Below are positions 12,065 to 22,813 of a stretch of 64,000 bases of DNA, one piece after another (the first letter of the stretch is position 1; each line of letters begins with the position of its first letter). A model generated the notes under the pieces. It was given only the letters and a program-made list of their open reading frames with translations, did not search any database and had not been told where the DNA came from. Source of the stretch: Orbicella franksi (taxonomy: Eukaryota); NCBI GenBank assembly GCA_964199315.1, contig OZ116709.1, positions 13,516,001 to 13,580,000 of the forward strand, read 5' to 3'. A program made the position numbers and the translations under genes.

Positions 12065-13149
12065 TTCTTCCTTCCACGATACTCTTAACGCCTGTGATCC
12101 CAAAATTTCTTTCACAATCGAACTTGAAAAATTGCCTTCTTAGACACCTTGGTTTCCAGAAGAAATGGAGTTGCCTTTATTGATATATTTCGGAAGCCAA
12201 CCCATACTGACCGTTATTTGGATTTCTCTTCCCATCATGCAAAAGAACACAAAATCAGCACGGCCTCGACCCTCTTGTTCCGGGCATCCAACCTCCCTAG
12301 CAGCTTTGAAGGAAAAACACGTGAAACCAATCATGTTAGGGCCGCGTTAGAAGCTAATGGTTACCCACCGGCTGTTATTTCTAACATTCTCAATAAGAAG
12401 CCACCCCCATCTACAGTTCCTCCACCAGAAGAACTGGTTTCTATGTTCTTCAAATGGGCTGATCCATCTAATATGTACCAGGGTTTTGGATGTCTCCCTT
12501 ACATCAGCGGCCTAACCGAGCCCCTCACAAGATTACTCCGCAAAAATGATATCCGAGTTGTCAACAAACCACTTAAAACCCTTCAACAAGAATTCCCGTC
12601 ACCAAAGTTCAGACAACCCTCAGATTTTCAATGTAATGTTTACAAAATTCCATGTAAAGACTGCCCTTGGAATTACATAGGAGAAACCGGAAGATGCTTC
12701 CAAACCCGAAAAAAGGAACATCAACGAAACTTGAAGAACTATTCAAATGGCTCTAATGTTGCCAACCATGCGTGACAAAACAATCACTCCATTGATTTCG
12801 ACAATGCTTGTGTCATTGACAAAGGTAATTACCGCGTTCGGAAAACACTAGAATCTTGGCACACAGCAAAAACCGTCGACGCGGAAAACAACTCAAAACC
12901 GTTGCCTAGGCAATACTCGATTTTATTGTAATCAGACCTCATTTACATTTTTATCTTCTAGCTTTTTTCACGCTTGTTTTTATTCTCAATTTTTCGCACC
13001 CCATTCGTATATATTTTCGCTTGCGCGCCACATTTTTCATTCGTGAAAGGCTATAGACTGATAGCCGAAAGCTTATGTTTTCAATATATTTTTAACCAGA
13101 GAGCGTTTTTATTCCAATATGTCTTATCCTGGTTACAGTTCTATTTTTA
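12065..13149 (+). mobile_element. Penelope-like retroelement, 5'-truncated (RT C-terminus + GIY-YIG endonuclease + 3' end)
   Basis: SFHDTLNACDPKISFTIE(fs)LPFLDTLVSR...FRKPTHTDRYLDFSSHH; GIY-YIG NVYKIPCKDCPWNYIGETGR; internal TGA at 12773 with the frame continuing to TAA at 12929-12931; CAAGAGGT on both flanks. Confidence 0.92.
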
Positions 13150-13559
13150 CAAGAGGTAAATCATCAAGTGGTGCATCATGAAGTGGTACATCATCAAGAG
13201 GTAAATCATCAAGAGGTAAATCATCAAGAGGTAAATCATCAAGTGGTGCATCATGAAGTGGTACATCATCAAGTGGTACATCATCAAGAGGAAAATCATC
13301 AAGTGGTACATCATCAAGTGGTACATCATCAAGTGGTACATCATCAAGAGGTAAATCATCAAGAGGTAAATATCAAGTGGTGCATCATGAAGTGGTACAT
13401 CATCAAGAGGTACATCATCAAGTGGTACATCATCAAGAGGTAAATCATCAAGTGGTACATCATCAAGTGGTACATCATCAAGAGGTAAATCATCAAGTGG
13501 GACATCATCAAGGGGTGCATCATCAAGTGGTGCATTATCAAGTGGTACATCACCAAGTA
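13150..13559. repeat. Continuation of the 15-bp minisatellite (about 27 units)
   Basis: CATCAAGTGGTACAT / CATCAAGAGGTAAAT units identical to those at 11867-12064. Confidence 0.95.
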
Positions 13560-13573
13560 TGTATGTATGTATA

Positions 13574-15294
13574 TCACACCAATCAGATTGGATATACTGT
13601 AAACAGCCAGTCAAATTTCTTGTTGTAAAGGTAAATGGTATGTGAGAAGATTTGATCCCGATAAAGTTCAGAACGGCCATATTTATTCTTCTATAAAAGA
13701 GGAGGAAGTATTCATATATTGGGCTTACTTCGACATTTTCTGTGGGTTAGGCTGAGGATTTTAGTTATGAACGAGATGAGCCTGGAGATTTGAAACAGTT
13801 CGTGAGTTAGTAGTATACAAATGGAACGAGACATTTTCATTTTTAGTTACAAAGGTAACTTGATACTTTTGTTTTTTACAAGGAGTAAATTCAATTGGAG
13901 GTCACGAATCGTCGCTTCTAGTTCTTAGGACATGTTTCAGAGGAGACGAGACTATTTAGATTTGAAACAGTTCTAGCGTTTACAATAGTAAGTGCAGGTA
14001 ACGATTGTTTTGTTCTTGTTGCATGCAAATATAACGAGATATTTTTAGTTTTTAGTTACAAAGGGTAACGGGTGTTTTTCACAAGGGAGTAAATTCAGAG
14101 CTGACGAATCGTCACCACTCTTTCCCACGAGATGTTTGCTATCTTTAGTTACAAATGGTAACTTAACACTTCTGTTTTTTATATGGGAGTAAATTCAATT
14201 AGAGCTGACAGGTTATCGGCTATTGTTTCCAGGATATTAAACAAAAGAGAAGCTTTCATTTCTGGACGGTTTTTACGTTTTTACATTTACGGCTAAAGCA
14301 GTCTCTTTCTTCTCATGCGCACTTTACACGAATTTCCAAGGCAGTTCTTTCGAACACGATGTTGATTTTGTGTGGACGTCGGAGTGTTCTCCACTGCCGT
14401 CGGATGAATGGTCCTCGAATTTGACTGGAATCCTATCATGCATGACTTTTATACCCAGGCTTTTATGGAGGGCACCTACCGGAATGAACATCGAGTCCTT
14501 TCACTAAGAACTTTGCGTATTCTTCAAGTTTGTGACAAAAAGAAACACTCGCTTCGGAGCATCTTTATCGATAGAGAAGAGTGAATTATGGCATCTAGAA
14601 ACTGTGAAACACCCTCGCTCCACAGCTGTTCTGTTTGGAAAATTAAAATTCTAAATTCTAATAAAATTCGATCTTTTCAAAGGTAAAAAGTATGAAAATT
14701 GCTCAAATGTTCTTTGAAGACTGCGTGGCACCAAGTTAAAGTGCAATTCAATTAAATCAGACTTTCAACGTGTCAGAGAGGTTTTTTCTCTTTCTTTCTA
14801 TATTCGGTGAAGTAGTGTTGTGTTGGGTAAAAAGGGTAAACTTACGACTCGTATAAAATGCGAAAAGGTCTCTTAATTAACTTGAGTAATTTTAAGCAAA
14901 AATTCCTCTTGGGGGTTGGAAGGGCTATGTGATCGGTGAGTGAGGGAGTTATGCATGTGCGCGTGTCACAGCAATCACAGTGAGGGTTGTATCAAAGAAC
15001 GAATCAAATTGCCTGTTAGAAAATAAGATGGTATCTACATTAATCTGGAGACGTGTCAGATTACTGTAGTTTGTTCAGTCAAACATTTTATGGCTTACTA
15101 TTTAGCTATCTTACCATGACCAATGTAACATCGCATGTAGATCATAAATTCCCAGTTTCTTTCTTGCTGTACATCGCAACCAAAAAACGTGTCAAATTAA
15201 CCAAATCATGTCTGTAAACAGCTCCATGAATGCTCCTATCTCCGACACTTCACAAAAAAATAACCCTTGCACGCCTTGCGTGCCTATGTTTTAG
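13574..15294 (+). mobile_element. Non-autonomous Helitron-like element, copy 1
   Basis: A|TC 5' end after (TATG)n; 3' hairpin GCACGC-CTT-GCGTGC then TTAG|T; colinear with 37577-38924; internal AGTTACAAAGGTAAC...GGAGTAAATTCAATT subrepeats. Confidence 0.65.
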
Positions 15295-16779
15295 TTGGGA
15301 GGTATAAGGGAACACTTCATGACTGGCCCCAAGGTGACTTTTGTTTCCCCTCGACCCTACCACGCGAGAGAAATTCCCATCTCTTTCTCCTGGGCGACAG
15401 AAGAGAAGGAACCTCTGCACGAAACCGCTCGAACGTTTGATCAGCCTCCGCCCACAACCAGGAACGAATAAATTAAAATAATATTTTTTCTTTTGGTTTA
15501 AAACTTACGCATGACAGGGATTTCTCTGAACAAACGCGACCACCAAAGTCCTTCGTGAATGTGGCCCCACCCTACTGAACTGGCTGGGTTGCTGATTTCC
15601 CCATTTAACAGGTGAATGGCCCAAGAAATAAAACTAAAATACATCCCATCTTGGTAACTTCACGAGCTATATATTTTATTTTCTACATTTATGGTTGCAA
15701 AACGGTTCAGATACTGTTAATTTCTATTTCAGTGTAATCCCACAGCCAGCTTGAATAAACATTATTTATACACACCCAGAAAATAAAGAGCTACTGTCTA
15801 CCCCTTTAAATACCTTTTTCTCAAGTTGATCTCAAGTTATAATAGACTGAGGTCTACCATTTAAGTATGAAGGTAGAATTTAAACCATAGAGTTCATGAT
15901 CATATTAGGTTTTAGATGAAACATGCGACTTATTACATTACTTTTATGGACGCATCATAAAAGCAAATGGACCACAGCCGATCAATTATGCTACCGTATT
16001 TCACAAAGGGTTTGAACAACTCAAACATATATTTCCCAGAGTTTCCAGTCTAAGGGTACAAGTATAAAAGTTCCAACCGCCAGAACTCGCACATTTCATG
16101 GTGCAAATATGTATAAGATAACAGTGCTTTTCGAGCAGGGAAAGGTTATGACAGTAAAAAAACAGAAACCAATAATCTCTAATGAGTTTCTGTTTAACAT
16201 TCCCGGAGTTTCCCGAGAAAGGCGAAGAAAAAACCATTAACGCTGGAAGAAAATGTCAACATTGCAAGCGCTATACAGCAGTTCCATAGCAGTATAAAGC
16301 CAGTTCGAACTAATTAAATAATTTGGTTGCATACTACAATATTCCCCCACACAGAGGCACTTTCTCAACGTTATGAGATTTCTAAACAACCTGGAAGCCC
16401 AGAAGTTAATCTCTTAGTCCTACAAATGGACATTTCGTTCTCATGCTAATACAATAGGAATACATGTTAAATGAAAAGTAACTAACTTACGACAGACCGC
16501 ATTTGGCGATGCAAAATACATCGCAACAAAATCCTCAAGAGAAACTAGGACAAAACATCGGACAAACAGGAGTTTTGAAATAAGTGTGGCTAATGAATGT
16601 TTTTTTTTTTTTGGGGGGGGGGGTTGCTTTCGTAGAAAAGACCAGTTTTCTGACCTTAAAAATTAAGTTCCCATACAATATTTAAGTTGACTAAAATATA
16701 ATCTACGGTCCTGAGTTTTTTTATCGTCTTCCAGCAACAATCAACCACCGGATTTCGTCCTCTCAAATACGCCTTTATC

Positions 16780-16788
16780 TTAAAAGGT
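16780..16788 (-). CDS. CLIP1: CLIP1-like terminal coding exon (TF*)
   Basis: TTTTATTATTTCAG|ACC TTT TAA completes the conserved DDEETF C-terminus. Confidence 0.75.
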   Translation of the reverse strand, partial: TF

Positions 16789-16999
16789 CTGAAATAATAA
16801 AAGAAGAGCAGTTACTTAATTTTTGCACATGTGCTTGCCAAGTATTAAATACTGGGGTTGGCGGCTAGCAGTTCATTACCGTAAGTCATCATTTGTTTTA
16901 TGATCAGCAAGCACCACAGCTGCATGTCTGCTAGCGCTGACAGAATAGGATCACGAATGCGTTGCCCTCGGGAGAAAAACTATTCTCGATTTGGTTTAA

Positions 17000-17782
17000 G
17001 GGCCCATTAACCGATTTATGCGCGCGCTAGCGCGCGTTGCTAAGGAGATGAAATTTCACTTCCGGTCACTCACGTCAGCCTGAGCGCGGAAAATAAAAAC
17101 AACTCAATAACTTGCAAATTCGTTTACATTTTAGATGTTTCTTTTTTTTTCACAAAATGCAAAGTAAAAAAGGTGCAAACAAAGACAAAATAAGAGAAAG
17201 AGAGAAAAACAAGAGCAACAGAAAGAGGAAAACTAACTCCACGTGGCTTTGATTGATCTTACCGAAGTGTGCTGATAGTGCAAATTGCGCACGCGCTGAT
17301 AAGGTAACTTCCAATAGATACGGGCCGCACTTCCGGTTTCTTTAAATGCTAAAGGAAATGCGGTTTTTCATTAACTCCAGCCTTTTTCGACGAATTTAGA
17401 TTAAAGCCAACGTTGGAAACCTAGCTATGCATTCCTTTTTCGAAATCGTGCCTTTTTCAGAAAATTACGAATTTTTCAATATTTTGAAATTCTCTCAAAA
17501 TCTGACCTTTTAGAAATGAAACAAAATCTATGCATAGCGTAACGAGGATTTAAATTAAAATATTGAATCAATGAAAAAAATCCCGATAAAGTAATTTGCC
17601 TGGGAGCCTTTGCATTTTTTCAGTATCAGTCACATGACCATGGGCGTGGCCTGATGACGTCATCACTAGTGTTACTGATCATGAAAAACACATGAAATAA
17701 CTCTGAATTAACTAAAAATGATGAGGTTATATGATAATAAATTTTCCTTAGCAACGGTTCGAAAAGATCGGTTAATGGGCCC
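17000..17782. mobile_element. Kolobok-like non-autonomous TIR element
   Basis: TTAA|GGGCCCATTAACCGAT ... ATCGGTTAATGGGCCC|TTAA. Confidence 0.75.
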
Positions 17783-17786
17783 TTAA

Positions 17787-18351
17787 AGTGTCGCTATGAT
17801 CAAATTCTCCATACCCATTTTTTTACATTTTCGTACACAATAGGTCTTTCCTAGATTTCTTGCCAAATTTCAATCTATTACGAACATTAGAACTCATGTC
17901 GTTTGGACCTTTACGCTCGTGTCATGTTGATTAATTCACCTTCACATTTCATTACCGAGCTTAAAATTCACCATCTTTATTAACTTATCATGACGTCATT
18001 TTCTCAAAAATACCACACGGGTTGAAATTATAATAACAATTAGCACAGCAATTCGCATAAAGAGTAACAAAAACATTGGCTCATATATTCGTGCAATTTT
18101 TTACATTAATTGTTATCATAATTTCAACCCGTTCGGTATTTTTGAGAAAATGACATCATTTTCTCAAATTTTCAACCAAGACTTCGAACAAGGAAAATTA
18201 ATCGCGGCCGTAAATTCTCAGAAATTAAGGTCCAAAAACCACGAGTTTTAATGTTCGTAGAAAATTGAAATTTGGCAAGATATCTAGGAAAGACCTAATG
18301 TGTACGAAAATGTAAAGAAATGGATATCGAAAATTTCATCATAGTGGCACT
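17787..18351. mobile_element. Kolobok-like foldback MITE, copy 1
   Basis: TTAA|AGTGTCGCTATGAT ... ATCATAGTGGCACT; long internal palindrome; near-identical to 33572-34125. Confidence 0.75.
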
Positions 18352-18763
18352 TGAAAACACCAAAACATTTTGAGTTTCTCACTGTTAACCTGACTAAGCT
18401 GCTTGATTCATGGACTAGTTTTCCGATAATCAATCTTCAATGACTGATTACACTGAAAAAAAAAGTGACGTTCTTTCCAAATCAAAAACAGGAACGAAAT
18501 AGCCTTGAAGGAGAACAGCGGCCTCCACTTATCCTGTCACATTGTTAACATTTCGTCAAGTAAGCCCAAATCATGTATCCTGTGGACAAGGACAATTTCT
18601 GACGGGGGCAAAATATTTTGCGTACTTTGAATACTTTACTCCAGATAATTGAGACACCGCAACATTCTTCGGACTTAGTACTAATGGCGTTATTCAAAGT
18701 CAGGTTTCCTTTGCTTTCTGCTCATTTTCCTTTCAGAGAACAAATAAATATAAAAAAGGTAAC

Positions 18764-18801
18764 CTCTTCATCATCGCATTCTTGAGTCCAATGTCCAAAC
18801 A
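18764..18801 (-). CDS. CLIP1: CLIP1-like exon, end of zinc knuckle 2 (VFGHWTQECDDEE)
   Basis: TTTCAG acceptor in phase 1; matches recalled CLIP-170 MFGHWATNCNDDE; weak GTTACC donor. Confidence 0.9.
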
Positions 18802-19098
18802 CTGAAAGAGATAACAGCACAACATTATTACAAAGTAGATTCTACAACTATCTGTCAATGTTTAGATTAACTTTCACTTCATCATTTCTGAATTTCTTCA
18901 CAGTCAAACTACCAAAAATCAACAAACGTATAATAAGTGATTTTCCCTCAGCCGTGTTTCCAAACAATAGCTTCTCGTCCTCTAAACAAAGTTTCCTGAT
19001 TCACATCCCCTACTTGCTATCGATGAGTGCAAAGACAAACATCTTAACAACTATCAAGCAAACGTTGCCTGTTGAATGGAGAAAAACAGCAATTGTAC

Positions 19099-19283
19099 CT
19101 TCACAGATGTCACAATATGGTCTATCTTCATTTCTGTTGCCATGGTACTGAGTTCCTTGGTTGTCGAGTGCTCCTGAAGACTGGGTCGGGCAGTCATCCG
19201 TATCATGTTGATCAAATACATCACAGATATCACAGAACAACCGCTGCTTTATACCGGTTCTCGCCGGCTCATCATCATCAGAT
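19099..19283 (-). CDS. CLIP1: CLIP1-like exon, zinc knuckles (RLFCDICDVFDQHDTDDCPTQ...RPYCDICE)
   Basis: CAG/GT boundaries, phases 2 and 1; diagnostic CLIP-170 C-terminal CCHC knuckles. Confidence 0.95.
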
Positions 19284-19519
19284 CTGCAGACAACGTTAAC
19301 TCAGTCAGTAAATGTTTTAATAACTGCTCTTCGTTTAGTCTAAACTTACTAAAATATGTTTTTAATCATAAAACGTTTAACGAATTGCGCGTTTGTTAGT
19401 TTGCGCTAATTGAACATTACTTTTAATAGCTGTATAGGTTGTTTCAATGTAGATTTTCTGTGGGTGAAAGATTTACCACGCGAGAGACAAAACAATGAAA
19501 TTGCAACAGGAAAAGCATA

Positions 19520-20693
19520 AGGTGCGGTTACACGGGGCACTTTTACCGTGGTAAACTGCCCTTTTACCACGGGAAACTGTATTCAGTATGGTGACCGACG
19601 TTTCCCGAGGTAAATTTCCCGTGTTTAGTATCCATGGATACGTCAAAAGATCACACGAAACGCCCATGACATTTAGCGTGGTAAGTTGCAATGGTTTTTG
19701 GATGCCCAAGGTACAAGAGCCAATCACGATACTACGTTTGACAGGAACACGTAACCGCAAAGTTTCTTTGCAACTTTCAGTCGCGACAAACTCCTTCGCG
19801 CCGGAATGAATAACTGTGACTTTGAGACTGTGGATATGGCGGAATTTCGGGCAATGCTGTGAGTAGTGTATTTCAATTGATTTCTCTACCTATTTACTAG
19901 ACCGGTTATTTTAACAGTGGCTATAACCAAAATTATTTTTTTTCTTATTAGAAATTCGAGTATGCATGGTGATTTGCACAATGGATTTCTCTTTAGCCAG
20001 CGATACCAGACACGAGAAACTAACGAACATATCTATCCTGGTTATCAGCAATGTCAGCAGTTTCGCCCTAATGTATATACTAGTCACGATGAAAGTCCTT
20101 CTCGCAGTGAAAGTCCGTCGGGTTCTTCGGGTTCTGGCTCAGAGAATGTATAAACAAACGGTGGGAAGCGACCGAAGTCAAGATCCTTACTCTGCATACA
20201 AAGACCACCAAGAAAATCTGAAGAACTCCAAGAGTAGTAACGGAAAAAAATCTGTATGGGAGAACATTTTTTACACTTTTACTGAACGTTGTAAAATGGC
20301 TGGCATTGGAAGTTCCAGAAGTTTATCTCAAATACAGGAGAAGTGGCGAGTACTATTCGAGAAATTCAAAGCGATTGTTGACAACAGCAAAAAGACGGGT
20401 CGCGGCAGAGAATCGTTCAAGTTATTTGAAATGATTGGTGAATTTCGCCCAAAATTTGTCAAGCAAACCCAATTAATGGAGAATAAGAAGAATAGAGAAT
20501 CGGAAAATCTGGATAAAGAAGAAGCACCCAAGGATTTAGCACTGACATTTAGATTTGACATTTATTTAACCTTGGGAAATCGCTATTCGCGTGTAACCGC
20601 TGGAACCACGGTATACTAAACCCCAAGTGTGGTGTACCGCGGGAAAATTTACCACGGGAAATGCCATTTACCGTGCTGTGTGTAATTGCGCCT
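19520..20693 (+). mobile_element. PIF/Harbinger non-autonomous element with a decayed Myb/SANT-like gene
   Basis: Imperfect TIR AGGTGCGGTTACAC / GTGTAATTGCGCCT with ATA on both flanks; RWEATEVKIL..AYKDHQENL..KKSVWENI..RSLSQIQEKWRVLFEKFKAIVDNSKKTGRGR; frameshifted. Confidence 0.8.
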
Positions 20694-21365
20694 ATACGAA
20701 CAACAAGAGGCTATGTTTTAATCGGTTATTAAGCTATCCGCGAATTTTTGTACTTTTCCTGAGTTTCTAAAACAGCGTTCGGCTGGTAACGAAAAACTTT
20801 GTTATTGCTTGTAAGCCTCATTGGAGATGAATTTTAGTAAGTTTAGTAAGTCCTCAAGCACTGACCCGCATTTACAATACGGCATGATTTCACTTATCGT
20901 ACCTATTGCAGTACAAAACTATTTTGTTCAAGTGCTGGGACGTATTAAAACTTTTCTGCATTTGCAGAGTTGGTTTCTATTATGCTTATGTTTAGAATGT
21001 TGTCAACGCAGTATAGCACAGAAATGATTTTAAGTTCCCCCTAGTTAACGAAAATTCCACAAATGACTTTCCCGAGTATACTTATAGAACAAAGCCAGTG
21101 GTTGAGGTTCTGAAGAACTGCGGTAATATTTGTTTCCATACATGTTCTTCGTCTCCGTGGTAATTAGCCTGTAATCAAAGTCTGAACCTTTTAGACCCCT
21201 TGAAGACTGCAGTGAATAGCAAAACAATCACCCAGTGGATCTCAAAAGTATATTCACACCCGTGTGTCAGACTGAGAGAAGTGACCCAATAAAAGCGCGT
21301 GAACTTCAAGGCCGTCTTAGCAGTGAGAATACTACTGTAGACTGAATGTTATACAGCATACTCAC

Positions 21366-21448
21366 ATATCAAACATGGTGCCGTTTCTGTCAGGAATGTC
21401 TCCCATCATTAACATCTCGATCCTCTTTTCCTGTTCCTCTGTTTTCCT
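21366..21448 (-). CDS. CLIP1: CLIP1-like exon (RKTEEQEKRIEMLMMGDIPDRNGTMFD)
   Basis: TTTTAG acceptor, GTGAGT donor, phases 0/2 fit the neighbours. Confidence 0.85.
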
Positions 21449-21549
21449 CTAAAAGGCATTAAAATGGACAAGTGTTCAGGATCAGTGCAGTAAAACGAAA
21501 ACTGTATTTCCACATTAGAGTTGACAACCCACAATAAAACAAATCTTAC

Positions 21550-21585
21550 TTGCAGATCCACAATCACAGAATTTAAAAAGTCAAC
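21550..21585 (-). CDS. CLIP1: CLIP1-like 36-nt exon (VDFLNSVIVDLQ)
   Basis: CACAG/GTAAG boundaries; matches the CLIP-170 FLNSVIVDLQRK motif. Confidence 0.92.
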
Positions 21586-21688
21586 CTGTGAGAACCAAAC
21601 ACAAAGTAGCATTAGAAAGAGGAATGATTTTTATCAAGTCGAGGAAACGTTTTTTTTAAACAATAGCCCTTCGTGGGTTACTGTCAGG

Positions 21689-21929
21689 AATAGACCATTT
21701 TACAGTTGTCTGCTCAGTGACCTGGCCTTTGTATGGCAGCGAGGCTAGAGTTGACCTTGTTTTGATAGAGACCTCACTGCTTTTGTTGCGTAAAACAAGT
21801 TGTTCTGATGCTAACTAGGTGCATTTACATGACAAAAGCAGTGAGGTCTGTATCAAAACAAGGTCAACTCTAGCCTCGCTGCCATACAAAGGCCAGGTCA
21901 CTGAGCAGACAACTGTAAAATGGTCTATT
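21689..21929. mobile_element. Near-perfect palindromic MITE
   Basis: About 98-bp arms (AATAGACCATTTTACAGTTG...) with one mismatch seen. Confidence 0.85.
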
Positions 21930-22442
21930 TAATCACACCGCATTAGGAACATCTGACGAGCTATTGAGGGACAATGATTCCCATCAAGTCACAACGACAT
22001 AAGTTTTAATTTTAGCTCAGAAAGACACAGAAGCGACTCGATAGAGTATCCACGTGTTTGTGTTATCAGTAAGCGTATCTTTGGGGGACTTAAGCACAAC
22101 AAATTCAAATTGACGAGGGGAAGCTGTGTTATCTGCTGGCATAATATATGAAAGAAACGCAGACAGTATCTTGGTTATAGAAATTTTAGGAATAAATTTT
22201 ACGTGCTAATGAGGAGTGAATTATTGGAGTATTAATTCAGAGCTCGTTGTAAAAACGAGTGCAGAAAAAACCCTTGCTAGCTTGGGTATGTTGTGAACAT
22301 GTAGGTATGAGGTAAATATCTGCGTCTGCGTCAATGTTCTTATAAAAACATCCTTATAAGACGAGAGTTTCTAGAAGTGAAGAATTTTGTACCGCAATGT
22401 AAAAGGTACAAGTAATCATTTCCAGAATGCGTTATATCTCAC

Positions 22443-22534
22443 CTGTGCTTCTGCGCTTTCCTTTTCAGCTTCAACGGCTTCTAACAAGTCCTCAGTTTCT
22501 CTAAGCTTACTCACCACACCTTCAACGTCAGGCC
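22443..22534 (-). CDS. CLIP1: CLIP1-like exon (PDVEGVVSKLRETEDLLEAVEAEKESAEAQ)
   Basis: TAG/GTGAG boundaries, phases 1/0. Confidence 0.87.
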
Positions 22535-22713
22535 CTACCAAAGTTGTTCAGTTAATCAGGGTCAGATGCGCTGCCCCTTGTCTCTTCAGTGCTATTTGTA
22601 CCATGGAGTGGACCGCTTGACACATGATTTGGGCCACAAAACTCATGAGAGTACAGAGGAGTGCACAGTTCAAAATGCAAGTTGGAGTGTTTAGTTTCTA
22701 TTTTGATGACATA

Positions 22714-22813
22714 TAGGCTCGATTTCCGCCGCTCTTACGAGTCCGGTCTAAATTCCTTCGGGGGCCGAGGAGCGTGGGCTCCTTTCCCGAACAGCGGCTG
22801 GTAATCGAGCCTA
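22714..22813. mobile_element. Short MITE
   Basis: TAGGCTCGATT ... AATCGAGCCTA termini. Confidence 0.6.

Noticed and set aside
10341-12143. 578-aa (-) and 535-aa (+) ORFs as genes
   Set aside because: Both come from a stop-free 18/15-bp minisatellite; their unique ends are out-of-frame Gypsy pol and Penelope sequence
10532-13559. CRISPR-like array
   Set aside because: Head-to-tail units with no unique spacers, no cas genes, and a eukaryotic context
18390-18452. Cryptic CLIP1 exon (poly-T CAG acceptor, CAG|GTTAAC donor) giving CNQSLKIDYRKTSP*
   Set aside because: It would destroy the conserved ETF end, the donor is weak, and the TF* exon at 16788 fits better
21045-21227. Acceptor-like site and ORF SSRGLKGSDF... 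as an extra CLIP1 exon
   Set aside because: Exons 21366 and 19283 already join in phase (AT|A) and this peptide is not coiled-coil or CLIP-like
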